Positions 12,601-28,400 of a DNA stretch of 64,000 nt are shown here, one piece after another. Each line of letters starts with the position of its first letter. Within the stretch, counting starts at the first letter, position 1. Both the position numbers and the translations under genes were made by a program. Source of the stretch: the human T2T-CHM13v2.0 reference genome, Homo sapiens; the NCBI RefSeq assembly GCF_009914755.1, contig NC_060933.1. One strand, given 5' to 3'. The notes beneath the pieces are model-generated. The model made no database searches. It was not told the origin of the DNA and saw only the letters and a program-made list of their open reading frames with translations.

Positions 12601-15600
12601 TAAACTCGATTGCAATCGAATGGAATGGAAAGGAATGGAAAGGAATGGAATGGAATGAAATGGGATGGAATGGAATGCAATGGAATGGAATCAACCTGAG
12701 TGCAATCGAATGGAATCGAATGGAATGGAATGCAATGGAATGGATTCAACTTGAATGGAATGGAAAGAATGGAATCAACACGAGTGGAATGGCATGGATT
12801 GGAATGGAATGGAATGGAATGAACCCGAGTACAGGGGAATGGAATGGAATGGAATGCAATGGAATGGAATCATCCGGAATGGAATGGAATAGAATGGAAT
12901 GGAATGGAATGGAATGGAATGGAATGGAATCAACTCGATTGCAATCGAATGGAATGGAATGGAATTAACCCGAATAGAATGGAATGGAATGGAATGGAAC
13001 GGAACGGAACAGAACGGAATGGAATGGAATGGAATGGAATGGAATGGAATGGAACGGAAAGGTATGGAATGGAATGGAATGGAATGGAATGGAATGGAAT
13101 GGAATGGAATCAACGCGAGTGCAGGGGAATGGAATGGAATGGAGTGCAATGGAATGGAATCTTCCGGAATGGAATGGAATGGAATGGAATGGAATGGAAT
13201 GGAATGGAATAAACCCGAGTGCAATGGAATGGAGTGGAATGGAATGGAATGGAATGGAACAGCCCGAATGGAATGGAATGTAATGGAGAGTAAGGGAGTT
13301 GAATAGAATCAATCCGAATGTAATGGAATGGAATGGAACGGAATGGAATTGAATGGAATGGAATGGAATGCAATGGAATGGAATCAACCCGAGTGCAATG
13401 GAATGGAGAGGAATGGAATGGAATGGAATGGAAACTACCCGAATGGAATGGAATGTAATGGAGTGTAAGGGAATTGAATAGAATCGATCCGAATGTAATG
13501 GAATGGAATGGAACGGAACGGAATGGAATGGAATGGAATGGAATGGAATGGAATGGAATGGAATGGATTGGATTCAACCCAAATGGAATGGAAAGCAATG
13601 GAATCAACCCGAGTGGAATGGCATGGAATGGAATGGAATGGAATGGAATGGAATGGAATGGTACAGAATAAAATGGAATGGAACGAAATGGAATGGAATG
13701 GAATGGAATGGAACGGAATGGAATGGAATCAACTCGATTGCAATGGAATGTAATGGAATGGAATGGAATGGAATTAACGCGAATAGAATGGAATGGAATG
13801 GAATGGAACGGAATGGAATGGAATGGGATGGAATGGAATCAATCTGAGTGCAGGTGAATGGAATGGAATGGAATGCAATGGAATGGAATGGAATGGAATG
13901 CAATGGAATCATCTAGATTGCAATGGGATGGAATGGAATGGAATGGAATGGAAGGGAATGGAATGGAATGGAATTAACCTGAACAGAATGGAATGGAATG
14001 GAATGGAACGGAATGGAATGGAATGGAATGCAATGGAATGGAATGCAATGCAATGGGATCAACCCGAGTGCAGGGGAATGGAATGGAATGGAATGCAATG
14101 GAATGGAATCAATCAACCCGAGTGCAATAGAATGAAGTGGAATGGAATGGAATGGAATGGAAAGTACCCGAATGGAAAGGAATATAATGGAGTGTAAGGG
14201 AATTAAAAAGAATCAATCCGAATGTAATGGAATGGAATGGAACGGAATGGAATGGAATGGAATGGAATGGAATGGAATGGAATGGAATGAAATGGAATGG
14301 CATGGAATGGAATGGAATCAACCCGAGTTCAATGGATTGGAATCAAATGGAATGGAATGGAATGGAATGGATTCAACCCGAATGGAATGGAAAGGAATGG
14401 AATAAACCCGAGTGAAATGGCATGGAAGGGAATGGAATGGAATGGAATGGTAAGGAATAGAATGGAATGGAACGAAATGGAATGGAATGGAATGGAATGG
14501 AATGGAATGGAATGGAATGAACACGTGTGCAATGGAATGGAATGGAATGGAATGGAATGGAATGGGTTCAACCAGAATGGAATGGAAAGGAATGGAATCA
14601 ACACGAGTGGAATGGCATGGAATGGAATGGAATGGAATGGAATGAAATGGAATGGTAGGGAATGGATTGAAATGGAATGGAATGGAATGGAATCAACCCG
14701 AGTGCAATGTAATGGAATTGAATGGAATGGAATAGAATGTAATGGAACGGAATGCAATGGAATGGAATCATCCGGAATGGAATGGAATGGAATGGAATGG
14801 AATGGAATCAACCCGAGTGCAATGGAATGGAGTGGAATGGAATGGAATGGAATGGAACAACTCGAATGGAACGGAATGTAATGGAGAGTAAGGGAGTTGA
14901 ATAGAATCAATCCGAATGTAATGGAATGAAATGCAACGGAATGGAATGGAATGGAATGGAATGGAATGCAATGGAATGGAATCAACCCGAGTACAATGGA
15001 ATGGAATGGAATGGAATGGAATGGAATGGAATGGAATGGAATGGAATGCCTTCAAACCGAATGGAATGGAAAGAATGGAATCAACACGAGTGGAAAAGCA
15101 TGGATTGGAATGGAATGGAATGGAATCAACCCGAGTACAGGGGAATGGAATGGAATGGAATGCAATGGAATGGATTCATCCGTAATGGAATGGAAAGGAA
15201 TGGAATGGAATGGAATGGAATGGAATGGAATGGAATGGAAAGGAATCAACTCGATTGCTATCGAATGGAATGGAATGGAATTAACCCGAATACAATGGAA
15301 TGGAATGGAATGGAACGGAACGGAACAGAATGGAATGGAATGGAATGGAATGGAATGGAATGGAATGGAATCAACCCGACTGCAGGGGAATGGAATGGAA
15401 TGGAATGCAATGGAATGCATTCAACTTGAATGGAATGGAAAGAATGGAATCAACAAGAGTGGAATGGCATGGATTGGAATGGAATGGAATGGAATCAACC
15501 CGAGTAGAGGCGAATGGAATGGAATGGAATGCAATGGAATGGAATCATCCGTATTGGAATGGAAAGGAATGGAATAGAATGGAATCAACCCGAATAGAAT

Positions 15601-18600
15601 GGAATGGAATGGAATGGAATGGAATGCAATGGAATGGAATCAACCCGAGTACAATGGAATGGAATGGAATGGAATGGAATGGAATGGAATGGAATGGAAT
15701 GGAATGAAATGGAATGATACGGAATAGAATGGAATGGAATGGAATGGAATGGAATGGAATGGAATGGAATCGTTCCGAGTGGAATAGGAGGGAATGTATT
15801 CGAGTGGAATGGAAAGGAATGGAATCAACCAGAGTGGAATGGAAGGGAATGGAATGGAATGGAAATTAATAGAATGGAATCAACACGAGTGGAATGGAAT
15901 GGAAAGGACTGGAATGGAATGGAATGGAATGGAATCAACTCGATTGTAATGGAATGGAATGGAATGGAATGGAATGGAATGGAATGGAATGGAGTGGCAT
16001 GGAATGGAATCAACCCGAATGCAGGGGAATGGAATGGAATGGAATGCAATGGAATGGAATCATCCGGAATGGAATGGAATGGAATGGAATGCAAAGCAAT
16101 GGAATCAACTCGATTGCAATGGAATGGAATGGAATGGAAAGGAATACATTGGAATCAACCCGACTGGAATGGAATGGAAAGGACTGGAATGGAGTGGAAT
16201 GGAATGGAATTGAATGGAATGGAATGGAATGAACTCGATTGGAATGGAATGGAATGGAATGGAATGGAATGGAATTAACCCGAATAGAATGGAATGGAAT
16301 GGAATGGAACGGAACGGAATGGAATGGAATGGAATGGAATGGAATGGAATGGAATGGAATCAACCCGACTGCAGGGGAATGGAATGGAATGGAATGCAAT
16401 GGAATGGATTCAACTTGAATGGAATGGAAAGAATGGAATCAACACGAGTGGAATGGCATGGATTGGAATGGAATGGAATGGAATCAACCCGAGTACAGGG
16501 GAATGGAATGGAATGGAATGCAATGGAATGGAATCATCCGTAATGGAATGGAAAGGAAAGGAATGGAATGGAATGGAATGGAATGGAATTGAATGGAATG
16601 GAATGGAATCAACTCGATTGCAATCGAATGGAATGGAATGGAATTAACCCGAATAGAATGGAATGCAATGGAATGGAACGGAACGGAATGGAATGGAATG
16701 GAATGGAATGGAATGGAATGGAATGGAATTAACCCGAATACAATGCAATGGAATGGAATGAAACGGAATGGAGTGGAATGGAATGGAATCAACCCGAGTG
16801 CAGGGGAATGGAATGGAATGGAATGCAATGGAATGGAATCATCCGGAATGGAATGGAATGGAATGGAATGCAAAGCAATGGAATCAACTCGATTACAATG
16901 GAATGGAATGGAATGGAAAGGAATACATTGGAATCAACCCGAGTGGAATGGAATGGAAAGGACTGGAATGGAGTGGAATGGAATGGAATGGAATCAACTC
17001 GATTGGAATGGAATGGAATGGAATGGAAAGGAAAGGAATGGAATGGAATGGAATGGAATGGAATGGAATGGAATGGAATCAACTCGATTGCAATCGAATG
17101 GAATGGAATGGAATTAACCCGAATAGAATGGAATGGAATGGAATGGAACGGAACGGAACGGAATGAAATGGATTTGAATGGAATGGAATGGAATGGAATG
17201 GAACGGAAAGGAATGGTATGGAATGGAATGGAATGGAATGGAATGGAATCAACGCGAGTGCAGGGGAATGGAATGGAATGGAATGCAATGGAATGGAATC
17301 TTCCGGAATGGAATGGAATGGAATGGAATGGAATAAACCCGAGTGCAATGGAATGGAGTGGAATGGAATGGAATGGAATTGAACAACCCAAATGGAATGG
17401 AATGTAATGGAGAGTAAGGGAGTTGAATAGAATCAATCCGAATGTAATGGAATGGAATGGAACGGAATGGAATTGAATGGAATGGAATGGAATGCAATGG
17501 AATGGAATCAACCCGAGTTCAATGGAATGGATAGGAATGGAATGGAATGGAATGGAAACTACCCGAATGGAATGGAATGTAATGGAGTGTAAGGGAATTG
17601 AATAGAATCAATCCGAATGTAATGGAATGGAATAGAACGGAATGGAATGGAATGGAATGGAATGGAATGGAATGGAATGGAATGCAATGGAATGGAATCA
17701 AACCGAGTGCAATCGAATGGAATCGAATGGAATGAAATGCAATGGAATGGATTCAACTTGAATGGAATGGAAAGAATGGAATCAACACGAGTGGAAGGGC
17801 ATGGATTGGAATGCAATGTAATGGAATCAACCCGAGTACAGGGGAATGGAATGGAATGGAATATAAAGGAATGGAATCATCCGTAATGGAATGGAAAGGA
17901 ATGGAATGGAATGGAATGGAATGGAATCAACTCGATTGCAATTGAATGGAATGGAATGGAATTAACCCGAATAGAATGGAATGGAATGGAATGGAATGGA
18001 ACGGAAAGGAAGGGAATGGAATGGAATAGAATGGAATGGAATGGAATCAACGCGAGTGCAGGGGAATGGAATGGAATGGAATGCAATGGAATGGAATCTT
18101 CCGGAATGGAATGGAATGGAATGGAATGGAATGGAATGGAATGGAATCAACCGGAGTGCAATGGAATGGAGTGGAATGGAATGGAATGGAATGGAACAAC
18201 CCGAATGGAATGGAATGTAATGGAGAGTAAGGGAGTTGAATAGAATCAATCCGAATGTAATGGAATGGAATGGAACGGAATGGAATTGAATGGAATGGAA
18301 TGGAATGCAATGGAATGGAATCAACCCGAGTTCAATGGAATGGAGAGGAATGGAATGGAATTGAATGGAAACTACCCGAATGGAATGGAATGTAATGGAG
18401 TGTAAGGGAATTGAATAGAATCAATCCGAATGTAATGGAATGGAATGGAACGGAATGGAATGGAATGGAATGGAATGGAATGGAATGGAATGCAATGGAA
18501 TGGATTCAACTTGAATGGAATGGAAAGAATGGAATCAACATGAGTGGAATGGCATGGATTGGAATGGAATGGAATGGAATCAACCCGAGTACAGGGGAAT

Positions 18601-21600
18601 GGAATGGAATGGAATGCAATGGAATGGAATCATCCGTAATGGAATGGAAAGGAATAGAATGGAATGGAATGGAATGGAATCAACTCGATTGCAATCGAAT
18701 GGAATGGAATGGAATTAACCCGAATAGAATGGAATTGAATGGAATGGAACGGAACGGAATGGAATGGAATGGAATGGAATGGAATGGAACGGAAAGGAAG
18801 GGAATGGAATGGAATAGAATGGAATGGAATGGAATCAACGCGAGTGCAGGGGAATGGAATGGAATGGAATGAAATGGAATGGAATCTTCCGGAACGGAAT
18901 GGAATGGAATGGAATGGAATGGAATGGAATGGAGTCAACCCGAATGCAATGGATTGGAGTGGAATGGAATGGAATGGAATGGAACAACCCGAATGGAATG
19001 GAATGTAATGGAGAGTAAGGGAGTTGAATAGAATCAATCCGAATGTAATGGAATGGAATGGAACGGAATGGAATTGAATGGAATGGAATGGAATGCAATG
19101 GAATGGAATCAACCCGAGTGCAATGGAATGGAGAGGAATGGAATAGAATGGAATGGAAACTACACGAATGGAATGGAAGGTAATGGAGTGTAAGGGAATT
19201 GAATAGAATCAATCCGAATGTAATGGAATGGAATGGAACGGAATGGAATGGAATCGAATGGAATGGAATGGAATGGAATGCAATGGAATGGAATCAACCC
19301 GAGTGCAATCAAATGGAATCGAATGGAATGGAATGCAATGGAATGGATTCAACTTGAATGGAATGGAAAGAATGGAATCAACACGAGTGGAATGGCATGG
19401 ATTGGAATGGAATGGAATGGAATCAACCCGAGTACAGGGGAATGGAATGGAATGGAATGCAATGGAATGTAATCATCCGTAATGGAATGGAAAGGAATGG
19501 AATGGAATGGAATGGAATGGAATGGAATGGAATGGAATCAACTCGTTTGCAATCGAATGGAATGGAATGGAATTAACCCGAATAGAATGGAATGGAATGG
19601 AATGGAACGGAACGGAATGGACTGGAATGGAATGGAATGGAACGGAACGGAATGGAATGGAATGGAATGGAATGGAATCAACGCGAGTGCAGGGGAATGG
19701 AATGGAATGGAATGCAATGGAATGGAATCTTCCGGAATGGAATGGAATGGAATGGAATGGAATGAAATGCAATGGATTCAACTCGATTCCAATGGAATGG
19801 AATAGAATGGAATGGAATGGAATGGAATGGAATTAATCCGAATAGAATGGAATGGAATGGAATGGAACGGAATGGAACGGAATGGAATGGAATGGAATGG
19901 AATGGAATGGAATGGAATGGTATAGAATGGAATGGAATGGAACGGAATAGAATGGAATGGAACGAATTGTAATGGAATGGAATGGAATGGAATGGAATGG
20001 AATGGAATGGAATCAAAGCGATTGCAGGGGAATGTAATGGAAAGGAATGCAATGGAATGGAATCATCCGGAATGTAATGGAATGGAATGGAGTGGAATGG
20101 AATCAACCCGAGTGCAATGGAATGGAGTGGAATGGAATGGAATGGAATGGAACAACCCGAATGGAATAGAATGTAATGGAGAGTAAGGGAGTTGAATAGA
20201 ATCAATCCGAATGTAATGGAATGGAGTGCAACGGAATGGAATGGAATGGAATGGAATGGAATGGAATGCAATGGAATTGAATCAACCCGAGTACAATGGA
20301 ATGGAATGGAATGGAATGGAATGGAATGGAATGGAATGGAATGGAATTAACCCGAATAAAATGGAATGGAATGGAATGGAACGGAATGGAGTGGAATGGA
20401 ATGGAAGCAACCCGAGTGCAGGGGAATGGATTGGAATGGAATGCAATGGAATGGAATCATCCGGAATGGAATGGAATGGAATGGAATGCAAAGCAATGGA
20501 ATCAACTCGATTGCAATGGAATGGAATGGAATGGAAAGGAGTACATTGGAATCAACCCGAGTGGAATGGAATGGAAAGGACTGGAATGGAGTGGAATGGA
20601 ATGGAATGGAATGGAATGGAATCAACTCGACTGGAATGGAATGGAATGCAATGGAATGGAATTAACCCGAATAAAATGGAATGGAATGGAATGGAACGGA
20701 ACGGAATGGAATGGAATGGAATGGAATGGAATGGAATCAACCCGACTGCAGGGGAATGGAATGGAATGGAAGGCAATGGAATGGATTCAACTTGAATGGA
20801 ATGGAAAGAATGGAATCAACACGAGTGGAATGGCATGGATTGGAATGGAATGGAATGGAATCAACCCGAGTACAGGGGAATGGAATGGAATGGAATGCAA
20901 TGGAATGGAATCATCCGTAATGGAATGGAAAGGAATGGAATGGAATGGAATGGAATGGAATGGAATGGAATGGAATCAACTCGTTTGCAATCGAATGGAA
21001 TGGAATGCAATTAACCCGAATAGAATGGAATGGAATGGAATGGAATGGAACGGAACGGAATGGAACGTAACGGAGTGCAATGGAATGGAATGGAATTGTA
21101 TGGAATGGAATGGCATGGTACGGAATAGAAAGGAATGGAAAGAATTGGAATGGAATGGAATCGAATGGAATGGAATGGAATGGAATGGAATCATCCCGAG
21201 TGCAGGGGAATGTAATGGAAAGGAATGCAATGGAATGGAATCATCCGGAATGGAATGGAATGGAATGGAATGGAATGGAATGGAATGGAATCAACCCGAG
21301 TGCAATGGAATGGAGTGGAATGGAATGGAATGGAATGGAACAACCCGAATGGAATGGAATGTAATGGAGAGTAAGGGAGTTGAATAGAATCAATCCGAAT
21401 GTAATGGAATGGAATGGAATGGAATGGAATGGAATGGAATGGAATGGAATGCAATGGAATGGAATCAACCCGAGTACAATGGAACGGAATGGAATGGAAT
21501 GTAATGGAATGGAATGGAATGGAATGGAATCAACCCGAGTGCAATGGAATGGAGAGGAATGGAACGGAATGGAATGGAAACTACCCGAATGGAATGGAAT

Positions 21601-24600
21601 GTAATGGAGCGTAAGGGAATTGAATAGAATCAATCCGAATGGAATGGAATGGAATGGAACGGAATGTAATGTAATGGAATGGAATGGAATCAACCCGAGT
21701 GCAGACGAATGGAATGGAATGGAATGCAATGGAATGGAATCATCCGGAATGGAATGGAATGGAATGCAATGGAGTGAAATGGAATGGAATCAACCCGAGT
21801 GCAATGGAATGGAGTGAAATGGAATGGAATGGAATGGAAACAACCAGAATGGATTGGAATATAATGGAGTGTAAGGGAATTGAATAGAATCAATCTGAAT
21901 ATAATGAAATGGAATGGAACGGAATGGAATGGAATGGAATGGAATGGAATGGAATGGAATGCAATGGAATGGAATCAACCCGAGTGAAATCGAATGGAAT
22001 CGAATGGAATGGAATGCAATGGAATGGATTCAACTTGAATGGAAAGGAAAGAATGGAATCAACACGAGTGGAATGGCATGGATTGGAATGGAATGGAATG
22101 GAATCAACCCGAGTACAGGGGAATGGAATGGAATGGAATGCAGTAGAATGGAATCATCAGTAATGGAATGGAAAGGAATGGAAAGGACTGGAATGGAATG
22201 GAATGTAATGGAATGGAATGGAATCAACTCGATTGCAATCGAGTGGAATGGAATGGAATGGAATCAACTCGATTGCAATCGAATGGAATGGAATGGAATT
22301 AACCCGAATAGAATGGAATGGAATGGAATGGAACGGAACGGAATGGAATGGAATGGAATGGAATGGAACGGAACGGAATGGAATGGAACGGAAAGGAATG
22401 GAATGGAATGGAATGGAATGGAATGGAATGGAATCAACGCGAGTGCAGGGGAATGGAATGGAATCGAATGGAATGGAACGGAATGGAATGGAATCAACCC
22501 GAGTGCAGGGGAATGTAATGGAACGGAATGCAATGGAATGGAATCATCCGGAATGGAATGGAATGGAATCAACCCGAGTGCAATGGAATGGAGTGGAATG
22601 GAATGGAATGGAATGGAACAACCCGAATGGAATGGAATGTAATGGAGAGTAAGGGAGTTGAAAAGAATCAATGCGAATGTAATGGAATGGAATGGAATGG
22701 AATGGAATGGAATGGAATGGAATGCAATGGAATGGAATCAACCCGACTACAATGGAATGGAATGGAATGGAATGGAATGGAATGGAATGGAATGGAATGG
22801 AATGGAATGGAATGCAATGGAATGGAATCTTCTGGAATGGAATGGAATGGAATGGAATGGAATGGAATTCAATGGATTCAACTCGATTGCAATGGAATGG
22901 AATAGAATGGAATGGAATGGAATGGAATGGAATGGAATTAAACCGAATAGAATGGAATGGAACGGAACAGAACCGAACGGAACGGAACGGAGTGGAATGG
23001 AATGGAATGGAATTGTATGGAATGGAATGGAATGGTACGGAATAGAATGGAATGGAAAGAATTGTAATGGAATGGAATGGAATGGAATGGAATGGAATGG
23101 AATGGAATCAACCCGAGTGCAGGGGAATGTAATGGAACGGAATGCAATGGAATGGAATCATCCGGAATGGAATGGAATGGAATGGAATGGAATGGAATGG
23201 AATGGAATCAACCCGAGTGCAATGGAATGGAGTGGAATGGAATGGAATGGAATGGAACAACCCGAATGGAATGGAATGTAATGGAGAGTAAGGGAGTTGA
23301 ATAGAATCAATCCGAATGTAATGGAATGAAACGGAATGGAATGGAATGGAATGGAATGGAATGGAATGGAATGCAATGGAATGGAATTAACCCGAGTACA
23401 ATGGAACGGAATTTAATGGAATGTAATGGAATGGAATGGAATGGAATGGAATGGAATGGAATGGAATGGAATCAACCCGAGTGCAATGGAATGGAGAGGA
23501 ATGGAATGGAATGGAATGCAATGGAATGGAATCATCCGGAATGGAATGGAATGGAATGGAATGCAAAGCAATGGAATCAACTCGATTGCAATGGAATGGA
23601 ATGGAATGGAATGGAAAGGAATACATTGGAATCAACCCGAGTGGAATGGAATGGAAAGGACTGGAATGGAGTGGAATGGAATGGAATGGAATGGAATGGA
23701 ATCAACTCGATTGGAATGGAATGGAATGGAATGGAATGGAATGGAATGGAATGGAATTAACCCGAATAGAATGGAATGGAATAGAATGGAACGGAACGGA
23801 ATGGAATGGAATGGAATGGAATGGAAGGGAATGGAATGGAATGGAAACAACCCGACTGCAGGGGAATGGAATGGAATGGAATGGAATGGAATGATACGGA
23901 ATAGAATGGAATGGAACGAAATGGAATGGAATGGAATGGAATGGAATGGATTGGAATGGAATGGAATCGTTCCGAGTGGAATAGGAGGGAATGTATTCGA
24001 GTGGAATGGAAAGGAATGGAATCAACCAGAGTGGAATGGAAGGGAATGGAATGGAATGGAAGCTAATAGAATGGAATCAACCCGAGTGGAATGGAATGGA
24101 AAGGACTGGAATGGAATGGAATGGAATGGAATCAACTCGATTGTAATGGAATGGAATGGAATGGAATGGAATGGAATCAACCCGAGTACAATGGAATGGA
24201 ATGGAATGGAATGGAATGGAATGGAATGGAATGATACGGAATAGAATGGAATGGAACGAAATGGAATGGAATGGAAGGGAATGGAATGGAATGGAATGGA
24301 ATGGAATGGAATGGCATCGTTCCGAGTGGAATAGGAGGGAATGTATTCGAGTGGAATGGAAAGGAATGGAATCAACCAGAGTGGAATGGAAGGGAATGGA
24401 ATGGAATGGAATGGAATGGAATGGAATGGAATGGAATGGAATGCAATGGAATGGAATCAAACCGAGTGCAATCGAATGGAATCAAATGGAATGGAATGCA
24501 GTGGAATGGATTCAACTTGAATGGAATGGAAAGAATGGAATCAACACGAGTGGAATGGCATGGATTGGAATGGAATGGAATGGAATCAACCCGAGTACAG

Positions 24601-25292
24601 GGGAATGGAATGGAATGGAATGCAATGGAATGGAATCATCCGTAATGGAATGGAAAGGAATGGAATGGAATGGAATGGAATGGAATGGAATCAACTCGAT
24701 TGCAATCGAATGGAATGGAATGGAATTAACCCGAATAGAATGGAATGGAATGGAATGGAACGGAACGGAATGGAATGGAATGGAATGGAATGGAATGGAA
24801 TGGAATGGAACGGAAAGGAAGGGAATGGAATGGAATAGAATGGAATGGAATGGAATCAACGCGAGTGCAGGGGAATGGAATGGAATGGAATGCAATGGAA
24901 TGGAATCTTCCGGAATGGAATGGAATGGAATGGAATGGAATGGAATCAACCCGAGTACAATGGAATGGAGTGGAATGGAATGGAATGGAATGGAACAACC
25001 CGAATGGAATGGAATGTAATGGAGAGTAAGGGAGTTGAATAGAATCAATCCGAATGTAATGGAATGGAATGGAACGGAATGGAATTGAATGGAATGGAAT
25101 GGAATGCAATGGAATGGAATCAACCCGAGTGCAATGGAATGGAGAGGAATGGAATGGAATGGAATGGAAACTACCCGAATGGAATGGAATGTAATGGAGT
25201 GTAAGGCAATTGAATAGAATCAATCCGAATGTAATGGAATGGAATGGAACGGAATGGAATGGAATGGAATGGAATGGAATGCAATGGAATGG

Positions 25293-25452
25293 AATCAACC
25301 CGAGTGCAATCGAATGGAATCGAATGGAATGGAATGCAATGGAATGGATTCAACTTGAATGGAATGGAAAGAATGGAATCAACACGAGTGGAACGGCATG
25401 GATTGGAATGGAATGGAATGGAATCAACCCGAGTACAGGGGAATGGAATGGA
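25293..25452 (+). repeat. pHuR98-like SatIII module of about 160 bp (representative copy)
   Basis: AATCAACCCGAGTGCAATCGAATGGAATCG...GGATTCAACTTGAATGGAATGGAAAGAATGGAATCAACACGAGTGG..GGCATGGATTGG...CAACCCGAGTACAGG. It recurs near 653, 2170, 3882, 6083, 9292, 19292, 29195, 34525 and on the minus arm. Identity with the chr9 probe is recalled, not checked. Confidence 0.65.
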
Positions 25453-28400
25453 ATGGAATGCAATGGAATGGAATCATCCGTAATGGAATGGAAAGGAATG
25501 GAATGGAATGGAATGGAATGGAATGGAATGGAATCAACTCGATTGCAATCGAATGGAATGGCATGGAATTAACCCGAATAGAATGGAATGGAATGGAATG
25601 GAACGGAACGGAATGGAATGGAATGGAATGGAACGGAACGGAATGTAATGGAATGGAATGGAATGGAATCAACGCGAGTGCAGGGGAATGGAATGGAATG
25701 GAATGCAATGGAATGCAAACTTCCGGAATGGAATGGAATGGAATGGAATGAAATGCAATGGATTCAACTCGATTGCAATGGAATGGAATAGAATGGAATG
25801 GAATGGAATGGAATGGAATTAATCCGAATAGAATGGAATGGTATGGAATGGAATGGAATGGTACGGAATAGAATGGAATGGAACGAATTGTAATGGAATG
25901 GAATTGAATGGAATGGAATGGAATGGAATGGAATCAACACGAGTGCAGGGGAATGTAATGAAACGGAATGCAATGGAATGGAATCATGCGGAATGGAATG
26001 GAATGGAATGGAATGGAATGGAATGGAATCAACCCGAGTGCAATGGAATGGAGTGGAATGGAATGGAATGGAATGGAACAACCCGAATGGAATGGAATGT
26101 AATGTAGAGTAAGGGAGTTGAAGAGAATCAATCCGAATGTAATGGAATGGAATGCAACGGAATGGAATGGAATGGAATGGAATGGAATGCAATGGAATGG
26201 AATCAACCCGAGTACAATGGAATGGAATGGAATGGAATGGAATGGAATGGAATGGAATGGAATGATACGGAATAGAATGGAATGGAACGAAATGGAATGG
26301 AATGGAATGGAATGGAATGGAATCGTTCCGAGTGGAATAAGAGGGAATGTATTCGAGTGGAATGGAAAGGAATGGAATCAACCAGAGTGGAATGGAAGGG
26401 AATGGAATGGAATGGAAACTAATAGAATGGAATCAACCCGAGTGGAATGGAATGGAAAGGACTGGAATGGAATGGAATGGAATGGAATCAACTCGATTGT
26501 AATGGATTGGAATGGAATGGAATGGAATGGAATTAACCCGAATACAATGGAACGGAATGGAATGGAATGGAATGGAGTGGAATGGAATGGAATCAACCCG
26601 AGTGCAGGGGAATGGAATGGAATGGAATGCAATGGAATGGAATCATCCGGAATGGAATGGAATGGAATGGAATGCAAAGCAATGGAATCAACTCGATTGC
26701 AATGGAATGGAATGGAATGGAAAGGAATACATTGGAATCAACCCGAGTGGAATGGAATGGAAAGGACTGGAATGGAGTGGAATGGAATGGAATGGAATGG
26801 AATGGAATCAACTTGATTGAAATGGAATGGAATGGAATGGAATGGAATGGAATGGAATGGAATCAACCCGACTGCAGGGGAATGGAATGGCATGGAATGC
26901 AATGGAATGGATTCAACTTGATTGGAATGGAAAGAATGGAATCAACACGAGTGGAATGGCATGGATTGGAATGGAATGGAATGGAATCAACCCGTGTACA
27001 GGGGAATGGAATGGAATGGAATGCAATGGAATGGAATCATCCGTAATGGAATGGAAAGGAAAGGAATGGAATGGAATGGAATGGAATGGAATGGAATGGA
27101 ATGGAATGGAATCAACTCGATTGCAATCGAATGGAATGGAATGGAATTAACCCGAATAGAATGGAATGGAATGGAATGGAACGGAACGGAACGGAATGGA
27201 ATGGAATGGAATGGAATGGAATGGAATGGAATGGAACGGAACGGAAAGGAAGGGAATGGAATGGCATGGATTGGAATGGAATGGAATGGAATCAACGCGA
27301 GTGCAGGGGAATGGAATGGAATGGAATGCAATGGAATGGAATCTTCCGGAATGGAATGGAATTGAATGGAATGGAATGGAATGGAATGGAATAAACCCGA
27401 GTGCAATGGAATGGAGTGGAATGGAATGGAATGGAATGGAACAACCCGAATGGAATGGAATGTAATGGAGACTAAGGGAGTTGAATAGAATCAATCCGAA
27501 TGTAATGGAATGGAATGGAACGGAATGGAATTGAATGGAATGGAATGGGATGCAATGGAATGGAATCAACCCGAGTACAATGGAATGGAATGGAATGGAA
27601 TGGAATGGAATGGAATGGAATCAACCCGAGTGCAATGGAATGGAGTGGAATGGAATGGAATGGAATGGAACAACCCGAATGAAATGGAATGTAATGGAGA
27701 GTAAGGGAGTTGAAAAGAATCAATCCGAATGGAATGGAATGGAATGGAACGGAACGGAAAGGAATGGAATGGAATGGAATGGAATGGAATCTTCCGGAAT
27801 GGAATGGAATGGAATGGAATGGAATGGAATGCAATGGATTCAACTCGATTGCAATGGAATGGAATAGAATGGAATGGAATGCAATGGAATGGAAAGGAAT
27901 TAAACCGAATAGAATGGAATGGAATGGAATGGAACGGAACAGAACGGAACGGAACGGAACGGAGTGGAATGGAATGGAATGGAATTGTATGGAATGGAAT
28001 GGAATTGTACGGAATAGAATGGAATGGAAAGAATTGGAATGGAATGGAATGGAATGGAATGGAATGGAATGGCATGGAATCAACCCGAGTGCAGGGGAAT
28101 GTAATGGAACGGAATGCAATGGAATGGAATCATCCGGAATGGAATGGAATGGAATGGAATGGAATGGAATGGAATCAATCTGAGCGCAATGGAATGGAGT
28201 GGAATGGAAGGGAATGGAATGGAACAACCCGAATGGAATGGAATGTAATGGAGAGTAAGGGAGTTGAATAGAATCAATCCGAATGTAATGGAATGGAACG
28301 GAATGTAATGGAATGGAATGGAATGGAATGGAATGGAATGCAATGGAATGGAATCAACCCGAGTGCAATTGAATGGAATCCAATGGAATGGAATGCAATG

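Noticed and set aside
11514-14456. Splice-donor-like AG|GTAATG (about 11517) and TG|GTAAGG (about 14448)
   Set aside because: These are isolated short matches. The G-rich strand has no polypyrimidine tract or acceptor context.
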